A stretch of 51,347 nucleotides of DNA from Deltaproteobacteria bacterium (GTDB lineage: Bacteria; Desulfobacterota; Desulfomonilia; UBA1062): assembly GCA_016929755.1 (NCBI GenBank), contig JAFGIF010000260.1, positions 1 to 51,347 on the forward strand, in the 5' to 3' direction. The position numbers and the translations under genes are program-made. Below, piece by piece: positions 37,102 to 45,898 of this stretch. Numbering within the stretch: position 1 is the stretch's first letter; each line of letters opens with the position of its first letter. The notes beneath the pieces were generated by a model. The model was not told where the DNA came from and did not search any database. It was given only the letters and a program-made list of their open reading frames with translations.

Positions 37102-38049
37102 ATGCAACAATTACATGAAGTTGATAAAATTGAAATCCTTACACTTCAGGACAATTACATTGACATTGCTTCCGGCGACAACACGGAGATCATCACTCGG
37201 GCAATGCCGCTCAAAGGCATGGAGATCAAAAACTCTATCCTGGCCGAGCACGGCTTTTCCGCCTTGGTAAAAATCACGCAAGGCCAAAGCACCCGCAGTC
37301 TTCTTTTTGATTTCGGATTTTCTCAACATGGCGCTGCATTCAATGCCGAGGCCCTCAGTGTCGATTTGACTGAAGTAGAGGCCATGGCGCTTTCCCATGG
37401 ACACATGGATCATTTCGGCGGGTTAAAACAGCTCACCGAAAAAATCGGCAAACCCGGTATAAAACTGGTTCTACACCCGGCAGCCTTCAGAAAACCCCGT
37501 TATATCAAGATCACCGAAGAATTTAAAATTATCATGCCCTCGCTGACACGTGATGCGATCGAGGAAGCCGATATCCAGGTCGTAGAGAGCATTGAACCAT
37601 ACCCGTTGCTGGACGAATCGCTCCTCTTTCTGGGGCAGATACCGCGCAAAACCGATTTTGAAAAAGGTATGCCCAACTTCTACTATGAACAGGAAGGCAC
37701 CGAAATATGGGACAGCCTCGATGATGACACCGCAATTGTAGCCAATGTCAAAGACAAAGGCCTGGTAGTGCTTTCAGGATGCGCCCATTCGGGAATCATC
37801 AATACCGTCTCCTATGCCAAGGAATTAACCGGAATCAATAAGGTGTATGCCGTAATGGGCGGATTTCATCTGACCGGAGCTGACTTTGATCCGATTATCC
37901 CCCCGACGACACAGGCCTTGAAAGACCTTGATCCCACCTATATCATCCCGACCCACTGTACCGGTAGAAAAGCCATCATGACTATTGAAAAAGAGATGCC
38001 TGATAAATTTCTTCTGAATATGTCAGGCTCCACCCTGACTTTCTCATAA
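37102..38049 (+). CDS. MBL-fold metallo-hydrolase (COG1237-like)
   Basis: I chose the ATG at 37102 (GGAGGTG 6 nt upstream). Contains the ALSHGHMDHFGG metallo-beta-lactamase motif, GCAHSG and PTHCTG. Confidence 0.8.
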   Translation: MQQLHEVDKIEILTLQDNYIDIASGDNTEIITRAMPLKGMEIKNSILAEHGFSALVKITQGQSTRSLLFDFGFSQHGAAFNAEALSVDLTEVEAMALSHGHMDHFGGLKQLTEKIGKPGIKLVLHPAAFRKPRYIKITEEFKIIMPSLTRDAIEEADIQVVESIEPYPLLDESLLFLGQIPRKTDFEKGMPNFYYEQEGTEIWDSLDDDTAIVANVKDKGLVVLSGCAHSGIINTVSYAKELTGINKVYAVMGGFHLTGADFDPIIPPTTQALKDLDPTYIIPTHCTGRKAIMTIEKEMPDKFLLNMSGSTLTFS

Positions 38050-40371
38050 ATGAGTATTGAGAAACAGCTGCATACCATTACCAGGCCGACACGTTATCTC
38101 GGCAGTGAAATCAACCAGATTGTAAAACCCGCAGAAGAAGTAAGGGTTCGCATTGCCCTGGCTTTTCCGGATGTCTATGAAATCGGGATGTCGCATGCCG
38201 GTATAAAGATCCTCTATCAAATCCTGAATGCCATGCCCGGAGTCTGGGCTCAAAGAGTTTTTGCCCCCTGGCACGACATGGCCGCGGCCCTTAAAGAAAC
38301 GGACACTCCCCTGTTTAGCCTTGAAGAACAGCGACCTCTGCGCCAATTTGATATTCTCGGATTCTCCCTGCTCTATGAACTCTCTTACAGCACCGTAATC
38401 AGAATGCTCAAGCTGGGGCGCATTCCCACCTATGCCGCACAACGAACCAAGGATGACCCCATTGTAATAGCAGGCGGCACCTCCACAGCCAATCCCACCC
38501 CGTACCAGGACTTCTTCGACCTTGTGGCCATAGGTGACGGGGAACAGATCGTTGAGGAAATTGCCCGCATCTGCCTCCAAACCGGGGAGCGTACAGAACG
38601 AATCCTTGCCATCGCCGACCTCTCCGGCATATACCGACCCGGCACCAAAAAAACACCAAGGAGAAGCATCCTGCCTGACCTGGATTCGTACCCGTTTCCA
38701 AACCATCCGGTGCTGCCCAACACATCCATCGTGCATGACCGGCTGGGAGTTGAAGTGGCTCGCGGATGTACCCGGGGTTGCAGGTTCTGCCAGGCCGGTA
38801 TGATTTACCGGCCGTATCGGGAGCGTTCGCTTTCATCGGTAATGAACACTTTCGATAGGGGTCTCAAGGCAACCGGATACGACGAAATCTCCATGCTGGC
38901 GCTGTCCGTGACCGATTTAAGCTATCTGGATTCAATCATGACCTCTCTGTATTGTCCATCCAGAGAGATTTCTGTAGGGATTCCCTCCATGCGGGTCGAA
39001 GGCCTGCCCAAAAGCGTGACGGATCTGCTTTCGTCGGTCAAAAAACCGGGATTCACGCTGGCACCGGAAGCAGCCAGTGAAAAACTCAGAACCATCATCA
39101 ACAAGGGCAATACCGAAGATGATCTGTTTCGAACCGTGCGGTGCAGCCGTGAGTTCGGGTGGAAGTCATTAAAACTCTACTTCATGATCGGTTTACCCGG
39201 CGAGACCGAAGCGGACCGCGTTGCCATCTGTGATTTGTCAAAAAGAATCGCCAGAGAATTCAAAGGCAGGATCACGGTGAGCATATCGGCCTTTATTCCA
39301 AAACCGTTCACGCCCTTCCAGTGGGAATCACAGATATCGCCGGAGAGGCACCAGGTGTGGCTGGATTTTTTCCATCAAAATATTCGCGATCGCCGCATTT
39401 CACTCAAATGGCAGGATCCCCCGTTGACGTTTCTCGAGGGGGTCTTTTCACGTGGTGATTCCAGGCTTGCCAAGGTGATCGTTGAGGCGGAAGAAAATGG
39501 AGCCTATCTGGATGGCTGGGTTGATACGTTCAACTTCAAGGCCTGGCAGGATGCATTTAAAAACAACGGCATAGACCCGAACGAATATCTCGCAGAGAGA
39601 GATCCGCAGCAAAACCTGCCCTGGGAATTTATCGACATGCGCATCAAAAAAGACTTTCTGCTGAAAGAACGCTCTCTGGCCTATGAAATCAGCCCGACTC
39701 CCGACTGCAGGGAAGGCCTCTGCAGCGACTGCGGCACATGTGAGAGCGAGATAGACAATATTGTCAGGAAAAAGGTCAAGCCAATACAGATATTCAAAAA
39801 ACCCGTGACATCACAGAATATACCCTATGTAATCGGGCTTACAAAACATGACGTTCTGAAATTCACAGCCCCCAGTGACTGGGTGGAGATGATCAAGCGC
39901 ACTATCCGCAGAGCACAGCTCCCCGCAGTCTATTCCCGGGGCTACAGCCCCGGCATGAAGCTCAGCCTGATTCCGCCCACATCCTTTGGTATCGAATCTT
40001 CCAGCGAATATTTCCAGTTCGAACTCAGGCAAGAAATCGAACCGGACCTCATTATCTCACGGCTTGGGAAGCATTTGCCCAAGGGCGCCGCAATCTTCGA
40101 GTGCTTCAAAGGGAAGTTGCCAAAGGTCGAAGCGTACATATACAGGCTCAAAAAACCACTCCATCTCACTCTAAAAGTTGATTCCTGTATTGAAAAAGGA
40201 TCTTCGCTGTTAAAGGTTCATGATTACCTTACACAACCCGACGAAAAAACACTCGAAATTCGGTTTATTGAGGGCAGAACACTCTCCCCGATGATGATAG
40301 CCCAATCGTTTGCCAAAGAGCCGCTAATTCCGCAAGATATTACTAAGATCAAGACGATCTTTTGTGAGTGA
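38050..40371 (+). CDS. Radical SAM protein of the TIGR03960 type fused to a DUF2344 (TIGR03936-type) domain
   Basis: The N-terminus ITRPTRYLGSEINQ ... ALAFPDVYEIGMSHAGIKILY and CX3CX2C in ARGCTRGCRFCQAG match my recollection of TIGR03960. The C-terminal ~200 aa (IRRAQLPAVYSRGYSPGMKLSLIPPTSFGIESSSEYFQFEL) resembles DUF2344. The ATG directly abuts the stop of the MBL gene. Confidence 0.8.
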   Translation: MSIEKQLHTITRPTRYLGSEINQIVKPAEEVRVRIALAFPDVYEIGMSHAGIKILYQILNAMPGVWAQRVFAPWHDMAAALKETDTPLFSLEEQRPLRQFDILGFSLLYELSYSTVIRMLKLGRIPTYAAQRTKDDPIVIAGGTSTANPTPYQDFFDLVAIGDGEQIVEEIARICLQTGERTERILAIADLSGIYRPGTKKTPRRSILPDLDSYPFPNHPVLPNTSIVHDRLGVEVARGCTRGCRFCQAGMIYRPYRERSLSSVMNTFDRGLKATGYDEISMLALSVTDLSYLDSIMTSLYCPSREISVGIPSMRVEGLPKSVTDLLSSVKKPGFTLAPEAASEKLRTIINKGNTEDDLFRTVRCSREFGWKSLKLYFMIGLPGETEADRVAICDLSKRIAREFKGRITVSISAFIPKPFTPFQWESQISPERHQVWLDFFHQNIRDRRISLKWQDPPLTFLEGVFSRGDSRLAKVIVEAEENGAYLDGWVDTFNFKAWQDAFKNNGIDPNEYLAERDPQQNLPWEFIDMRIKKDFLLKERSLAYEISPTPDCREGLCSDCGTCESEIDNIVRKKVKPIQIFKKPVTSQNIPYVIGLTKHDVLKFTAPSDWVEMIKRTIRRAQLPAVYSRGYSPGMKLSLIPPTSFGIESSSEYFQFELRQEIEPDLIISRLGKHLPKGAAIFECFKGKLPKVEAYIYRLKKPLHLTLKVDSCIEKGSSLLKVHDYLTQPDEKTLEIRFIEGRTLSPMMIAQSFAKEPLIPQDITKIKTIFCE

Positions 40372-40561
40372 TCCGGAAGTCACCACCTTCAATGGTCCTT
40401 GCTATGGCTTTTATTCATTCCTCCTTTTAACCAAATCAGATCTGATATCTGTTCAGTATGACTCTTTGTTCTATCCCTCTATGACATAAAATTTTGACCA
40501 CGCTTGCTTGAATATGGAAATTTTTACCCTATTTTAAACTGACATGCCAAGGGAGTATATA

Positions 40562-43030
40562 ATGGAAGCCAAAAAAAAGTGCTGTGAGCACAAACCCAAT
40601 AACAATCATATCTACAAAGACCCTGTCTGCTCTATGACCACAGATGAAAAAGACGACTACCTGGCTTATGAATACCAGGGCACTACATATTATTTCTGCT
40701 GCCAGCACTGTAAGGATAAATTTATAAAAAATCCGGATTTATATCTTACCTCAAAAGAAATCCCTTCCCCGTTCTTCCAGCCTGAACTGCCATCCACACA
40801 GGCTGCATTCACCTGCCCGATGTGTCCGGACATCCGGCAGGATACACCGGGATCGTGTCCTAAGTGCGGAATGGCGCTCGAGCCGCTTATACCGGCAATG
40901 CCTGTGCTCCAAACGCAATGGACCTGTCCCATGCATCCGGACATCGTCCAAGATGAGCCCGGTACATGCCCAAAATGCGGCATGGCCCTTGAGCCCGTGA
41001 CCTCTGAGGCCCTTGAAGAGGAAAACCCTGAGTATGCCTATATGAAAAATCGTCTCTGGATCGCTGCCGTGCTGACGATTCCCCTCATGATCATTGCCAT
41101 GCGCGAGCTCTTTCCCATCCTGGCCCTTAACAACCTTGCATCTGCTACGGTATACGGCTACCTTGAGCTGCTGCTCGCAACACCGGTTGTACTGTGGTGT
41201 GGCTGGCCGTTTTTTGTGCGCGCTTGGCGCTCGCTTGCCAACAGGAGTCCGAACATGTTCACCCTGATCGGCCTAGGGGTAAGCGTGGCCTACGGCTACA
41301 GTCTCCTGGCTGTAGTAATGCCGGACATGTTTCCGGCATCCGTGCGCAAACCAGACGGCACCCTGGGAATCTACTTTGAAGCCTCAGCGGTAATCGTGAC
41401 CCTGGTTTTGTTGGGTCAGGTACTTGAATTAAAAGCACGCAGTAAAACCGGAGAGGCAATCAAGGCGCTGTTGAACCTGGCACCCAAAACCGCCAGGCGG
41501 ATCAATATAGACGGCTTGGAAGAAGATACTGCGCTCGATACGGTTCAGCCCGGAGACCGGTTGCGCATCAGACCGGGAGAAAAAGTCCCTGTGGATGGAA
41601 CCGTGCTGGAAGGTTCGAGCAGTGTCGACGAATCAATGATTACCGGGGAGCCCATACCGGAGGTAAAACGGCCGGGAGATGCCATAATCGGTGCCACGAT
41701 CAACACGAATGGTACTCTCATCATGGAAGCCCGAAAAGTCGGGGCTCAAACGCTTTTATCGCAGATCATAGCCATGGTCGCTCAGGCACAGCGAAGCCGG
41801 GCGCCAATCCAGCGCCTCGCCGACAGGGTAGCGGCCTATTTCGTGCCCGCCGTAATTGCAAGCGCCGCGCTGGCCTTTATCATCTGGCTTTTGATCGGGC
41901 CGACACCCCGTCTGGCCTACGCTCTGATTGCCGCGGTCTCGGTATTAATTATTGCCTGCCCATGTGCCTTGGGACTCGCCACGCCCATGTCCATCATGGT
42001 TGCCGCCGGAAAAGGAGCCTCTCTCGGCGCCCTTTTCAAGGATGCCGAATTCATCGAAACCCTCAGGAAAGTCGACACGTTGGTGGTGGATAAAACCGGC
42101 ACCCTGACCGAAGGCCGTCCAAAACTTACATCAATAGTGCCTGCACCGGGCTGGGATAAAAGCCACCTGCTGTCCCTGGCAGCCAGCCTGGAAAAGGGCA
42201 GTGAGCATCCCCTGGCCGAAGCCATCGTTCAGGGTGCTCTCGATGAAGAGCTGCAACTGTCAGACGCGCTGGATTTTGAATCCATTGCGGGCAAAGGCGT
42301 CCTCGGCAGGGTTGATGGTCGCCGGGTTGGGCTTGGTAACCCCAAATTACTGCAGGAATTGAGCCTGGATTCAGAAAATCTGCTGGCGCAAGCCCAGGAG
42401 CTGTACTCTCAGGGACAAAGCGTCATGTTCGTTACGGTAGATGACCAGATTGCAGGATTCCTGGGGGTTTCCGACCCCATCAAGGCCACCTCGGCGCAGG
42501 CCATCGATCAACTGCATAGCGAGGGCCTGCGCATCGTTATGCTGACCGGAGACAATCATACCACGGCCGAGACGGTTGGTAAAAAGCTCCATATCGACGA
42601 GGTAATTGCCGAAGTAATGCCCCAAGAAAAGCAGCAAAAGATCCAGGCCCTGCAAAATACGGGGCACATCGTAGCCATGGCCGGCGACGGCATAAACGAT
42701 GCCCCCGCCCTGGCGCAGGCCCACGTCGGGATTGCCATGGGCACCGGCACCGATGTTGCCATGGAAAGCGCCGGGCTCACGCTGGTCAAGGGGGACCTGC
42801 TGGGCATAGTACGCGCCAGGCGCCTCAGCCGGGCTACCATGCGCAATATCAAGCAGAATCTCTTCTTTGCCTTTATCTACAATGTCATCGGGGTCCCGAT
42901 CGCCGCCGGGATTCTTTATCCGGCCTTCGGCCTCCTGCTCTCGCCGATGATCGCAGCCGCCGCCATGAGCTTTTCTTCGGTATCGGTAATTACAAATTCA
43001 CTGCGCTTGAGAAACAAAGACCTAGACTGA
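40562..43030 (+). CDS. copA: Copper-translocating P1B-type ATPase
   Basis: I chose the ATG at 40562 (AAGGGAG 6 nt upstream). Contains TGEP, the CPC motif ([13 protein letters not shown]), DKTGTLT, MLTGDN and GDGINDAP. The N-terminus is unusual (see findings). Confidence 0.9.
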   Translation: MEAKKKCCEHKPNNNHIYKDPVCSMTTDEKDDYLAYEYQGTTYYFCCQHCKDKFIKNPDLYLTSKEIPSPFFQPELPSTQAAFTCPMCPDIRQDTPGSCPKCGMALEPLIPAMPVLQTQWTCPMHPDIVQDEPGTCPKCGMALEPVTSEALEEENPEYAYMKNRLWIAAVLTIPLMIIAMRELFPILALNNLASATVYGYLELLLATPVVLWCGWPFFVRAWRSLANRSPNMFTLIGLGVSVAYGYSLLAVVMPDMFPASVRKPDGTLGIYFEASAVIVTLVLLGQVLELKARSKTGEAIKALLNLAPKTARRINIDGLEEDTALDTVQPGDRLRIRPGEKVPVDGTVLEGSSSVDESMITGEPIPEVKRPGDAIIGATINTNGTLIMEARKVGAQTLLSQIIAMVAQAQRSRAPIQRLADRVAAYFVPAVIASAALAFIIWLLIGPTPRLAYALIAAVSVLIIACPCALGLATPMSIMVAAGKGASLGALFKDAEFIETLRKVDTLVVDKTGTLTEGRPKLTSIVPAPGWDKSHLLSLAASLEKGSEHPLAEAIVQGALDEELQLSDALDFESIAGKGVLGRVDGRRVGLGNPKLLQELSLDSENLLAQAQELYSQGQSVMFVTVDDQIAGFLGVSDPIKATSAQAIDQLHSEGLRIVMLTGDNHTTAETVGKKLHIDEVIAEVMPQEKQQKIQALQNTGHIVAMAGDGINDAPALAQAHVGIAMGTGTDVAMESAGLTLVKGDLLGIVRARRLSRATMRNIKQNLFFAFIYNVIGVPIAAGILYPAFGLLLSPMIAAAAMSFSSVSVITNSLRLRNKDLD
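40808..40996 (+). repeat. Tandem duplication encoding two Cys-rich metal-binding modules in the CopA N-terminus
   Basis: [26 protein letters not shown] (nt 40808-40885) and [26 protein letters not shown] (nt 40919-40996). The repeat is visible in both the protein and the DNA. Confidence 0.75.
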
Positions 43031-43088
43031 GGCCATCCAACGGTTTTGTTTCGATACTTTTTTTCAGGCCGGCTGAAATGGTTTACGT

Positions 43089-43697
43089 CTAGAAAATTTT
43101 CTGATCCCGTTTCTGGTCCATGATACCCAGGGCCATGATCTGCATGGTTCTCTTCATGATGTCCTTGGATGTAAACTCTTTGAGGGTATCAGTGCGGCCA
43201 TAGGTGCCTGCCTGGTATAACTTGTAGCCCATATAGGCCGCGATTCTGCTGTTGCATTGGACAAACGTGCCTTCATTGATGGCTCCCTGGATCAAACTTT
43301 CAAGCAGCCCGACCACAAAGGTTTCGATCTCCATCACGTAGCGTTCATGCATATAGGGCGCCAGGCCCAGTTCATTGGCACGCAGAATATGCATGAGGAA
43401 GTTGTCTTTTTCGTAAAAATCAAGGGCATTGGACCAGGCCCGGGCAATCTGTGCCATTGGATTTTCTTCCTCATCCAAACCTTGGCTTAATGATGCCTTG
43501 AGGAATTCAATCTCCATATCGATCACAGCGGTAATAATATCGTCCTTGCTGCTGAAATACTGGTAGAGAATCGGTTTGCCCACGCCGGCCTTTTGGGCGA
43601 TATCACCCATAGTGGTCCGTCGCACGCCGTTAGGGCCGAAAAGGTCCCTTGCGGTTTCTAAAATCAAATCCCTCCTGATATCACGCCTCTCGGCCAT
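43089..43697 (-). CDS. TetR/AcrR family transcriptional regulator
   Basis: I chose the ATG at 43697 (MAERRDIRRDLILETARDLFGPNGVRRTTMGDIAQKAGVGKPILYQYFSSKDDI), a canonical TetR N-terminal HTH. Confidence 0.85.
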   Translation of the reverse strand: MAERRDIRRDLILETARDLFGPNGVRRTTMGDIAQKAGVGKPILYQYFSSKDDIITAVIDMEIEFLKASLSQGLDEEENPMAQIARAWSNALDFYEKDNFLMHILRANELGLAPYMHERYVMEIETFVVGLLESLIQGAINEGTFVQCNSRIAAYMGYKLYQAGTYGRTDTLKEFTSKDIMKRTMQIMALGIMDQKRDQKIF

Positions 43698-43704
43698 AGA
43701 TAAT

Positions 43705-43733
43705 ATAATATATGAAAAATCGCAGCATGTCAA
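43705..43733 (-). promoter_or_regulatory. Near-consensus sigma70 promoter of the TetR gene (leaderless configuration)
   Basis: On the minus strand: TTGACA (43733-43728), a 17-nt spacer, TATTAT (43710-43705), then only 7 nt to the ATG at 43697. There is no Shine-Dalgarno sequence. Confidence 0.45.
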
Positions 43734-43760
43734 TTAAGGCTGGATCAGCGCATAATGCCA

Positions 43761-43769
43761 TGCTAGAAT
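43761..43769 (+). promoter_or_regulatory. Extended -10 promoter element for the NTase-like gene (leaderless configuration)
   Basis: TGcTAGAAT (43761-43769) is followed by 7 nt and the ATG at 43777, with no Shine-Dalgarno sequence. The -35 region is weak (TGGATC). Confidence 0.4.
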
Positions 43770-43776
43770 GTGAACG

Positions 43777-44550
43777 ATGGAAACCCAAAAAGAGCATAAG
43801 AACTTGGATTTAAGCGGCCTTCCGGACCAGGCTTCTCCAACTGTAGAAGCATTTGCGCAGGAGATCCTCGCCCGGGACTTTGACAATATCAACTCGATTG
43901 TTATTACCGGCAGTGTTGTGAGTCCCGATTATATGCCCGGCAGATCGGATATCAATTCCGTTGTTGTACTCAAGGAAATGAAGCTTCCTGTCCTCGACAG
44001 CCTGGCCTCTCTGGGCAAACGCTACGCAAAAAAAAGCGTCCGGGCGCCTCTGATCATGACCGCAAGCTACATCGAAAGATCGCTGGATGTCTTTCCGATA
44101 GAATTTTTCGATATCAAGCTGCTGCACAAAACCATCTACGGTCAGGATCTGTTCGTTGAACTTGTTCCTGATCGGGCTATGCTCAGGATACAGTGCGAAC
44201 GCGATCTGAAAGCCAAACTCATTCATCTCAGGCAGGGTTATATATCATCTTTCGGCCGTAAAGCCGGCCTTGTCAGCATGCTGCTGCAGGCATTACCCGG
44301 GTTTTTCCCCCTTCTGAGGGCCATGCTCTACATAATGCATGATGAAGCGACTCCTCCGCTTTCCAGGGCCAAAGTTCTGGTCGAAACCCAGAAAGTGTTT
44401 GATATCTCCATGCACGGGCTGCTGGAAATACAGGGGTTTCGCTCCCAGAAGAAACCATCCATCTCCGATGATCTGGCGCACAGGCTCTTTACTGAAATGT
44501 ACAGGATTACTGATGAACTTTCTCTCAAGATCGATGAGATCAATATCTAG
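43777..44550 (+). CDS. Nucleotidyltransferase-fold protein (putative, possibly degenerate) with helical C-terminal half
   Basis: VITGSVVSPDYMPGRSDINSVVV fits the minimal NTase pattern hG[GS]-x(9-13)-Dh[DE]h, except that the second acidic residue is Asn. The C-terminal half is helical and contains RAMLYIMH (Rx6H). Confidence 0.45.
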   Translation: METQKEHKNLDLSGLPDQASPTVEAFAQEILARDFDNINSIVITGSVVSPDYMPGRSDINSVVVLKEMKLPVLDSLASLGKRYAKKSVRAPLIMTASYIERSLDVFPIEFFDIKLLHKTIYGQDLFVELVPDRAMLRIQCERDLKAKLIHLRQGYISSFGRKAGLVSMLLQALPGFFPLLRAMLYIMHDEATPPLSRAKVLVETQKVFDISMHGLLEIQGFRSQKKPSISDDLAHRLFTEMYRITDELSLKIDEINI

Positions 44551-45292
44551 CCTTGCTCTGGCGTTCCTGATCCTCTGCGTGCCGGGTTTTGTGCCCGCAG
44601 CCAGCCCGGGCGCATCCTATGTGGTTGACCAGGCAAATGTCATTGAGAACAGTGCCCGGCAGATGCTCTCCGGCCAGCTTCAGGAACTCGAGCAGAAAAC
44701 CGGCGTGCAGATGATCGTATTGACGATTGACTCCACCGACGGTATTCCCATTGAGCAATATGCACTGGGCATGGCCGAAAAATGGCAGCTGGGACAAAAG
44801 GGCAAGGACAACGGGTTGCTCATGGTCGTGGCGGTTAAAGACAAACTCTACCGCATCGAAACCGGCTATGGATTGGAGTCCATTCTGCCCGACAGCCTGG
44901 CCGGCAGTATTGCCCGCGAGCATCTTGTACCCAGGTTCCGCCAGGGTGATTATACGGGCGGTATCATGGCTGCAGCCGCAGTAATCATGAATGTCATTGC
45001 GCAGGCCGAGGGAGTGGAACTCGCCGGCGTGCCCAAGCTTAACAGCGCTCAACCCCGATCGCACTCATCGCCTGTTGGTGGCCTGCTGTCATTTCTGATC
45101 CTCATATTCATATTCTCCTCATTGTTCCGGCGGGGGGGATCGCGCGGCTTGTTAGGAATGCTGCTTTTGGGCTCGCTTATGGGTGGCAGAAGGTCTTCAG
45201 GTTTCGGCAGCTTCGGCGGAGGCGGCTTCGGTTCTTTCGGTGGTGGTGGCGGAGGCGGCTTCGGCGGAGGTGGTGTGAGCGGTGGCTGGTAG
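44513..45292 (+). CDS. TPM-domain (YgcG-like) membrane protein with Gly-rich tail
   Basis: I chose the ATG at 44513 (AGGA 6 nt upstream); the alternative is 44534. After a signal peptide come the TPM strings YVVDQANVI ... TGVQMIVLTIDS ... LLMVVAVKDKLYRIETGYGLE. Then a TM segment and the tail GFGSFGGGGFGSFGGGGGGGFGGGGVSGGW. Confidence 0.8.
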   Translation: MNFLSRSMRSISSLALAFLILCVPGFVPAASPGASYVVDQANVIENSARQMLSGQLQELEQKTGVQMIVLTIDSTDGIPIEQYALGMAEKWQLGQKGKDNGLLMVVAVKDKLYRIETGYGLESILPDSLAGSIAREHLVPRFRQGDYTGGIMAAAAVIMNVIAQAEGVELAGVPKLNSAQPRSHSSPVGGLLSFLILIFIFSSLFRRGGSRGLLGMLLLGSLMGGRRSSGFGSFGGGGFGSFGGGGGGGFGGGGVSGGW

Positions 45293-45331
45293 GAGACATA
45301 TTTGCATAATACATGCTATCAGGGAGGTTGT

Positions 45332-45898
45332 ATGAAAAAAAATCTCTTGATCATGCTGGGAATTATCGTCGTCGTTATTCTATTGTTCGCGACTACATTA
45401 ATCTCGCAGTACAACAAGGTTATCCGCATGAATGAAGCGGTAGATGCCCAGTGGGCCCAGGTGGAAAATCAGCTCAAGCGGCGCTTCGACCTGATTCCGA
45501 ACCTGGTTGAAACCGTTAAAGGCTATGCCGCCCATGAAAAAGAGGTTTTTGAATTTATCGCCGAGGCCAGAACAGCCTACTTTTCGGCCAAGAGTGTCGG
45601 GGACAAGGCACGCACGGCAGGTGAACTCGAAGGCGCGCTTTCGAGGCTGCTGCTGCTGCAGGAACGCTATCCGGATCTGAAGGCCAATGAATCATTCCTG
45701 AAACTGCAGGACAGCCTGGAAGGGGCAGAAAACCGCATTGCTGTGGAACGCATGCGCTATAATGAAACGGTGCGGATGCTCAACAGCTATGTCAAATCAT
45801 TCTGGGGCAGATTCTTTGCCGCCTGGGCCGGTGTCGAGAAAGCCCAGTATTTCGAGATTCCCGAGGCCCAGACAGAAACCCCCAAGGTCAAGTTCTAG
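45332..45898 (+). CDS. lemA: LemA family protein
   Basis: I chose the ATG at 45332 (GGGAGG upstream). An N-terminal TM is followed by YNKVIRMNEAVDAQWAQVENQLKRRFDLIPNLVETVKGYAAHEKEVF and RMRYNETV, the typical LemA motifs. Confidence 0.9.
   Translation: MKKNLLIMLGIIVVVILLFATTLISQYNKVIRMNEAVDAQWAQVENQLKRRFDLIPNLVETVKGYAAHEKEVFEFIAEARTAYFSAKSVGDKARTAGELEGALSRLLLLQERYPDLKANESFLKLQDSLEGAENRIAVERMRYNETVRMLNSYVKSFWGRFFAAWAGVEKAQYFEIPEAQTETPKVKF

Noticed and set aside
40494-40522. A promoter call upstream of copA (TTGACC ... and a sigma54-like TTGACCACGCTTGCTTG).
   Set aside because: No acceptable -10 hexamer sits at 16-19 nt spacing. The GG of a -24 element is also missing, so neither a sigma70 nor a sigma54 promoter can be supported.
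44339-44512. The upstream part of the 44339-45292 ORF.
   Set aside because: It overlaps the NTase-like gene in another frame and encodes a basic, non-signal-like sequence. The TPM protein needs its signal peptide, which begins at 44513/44534.
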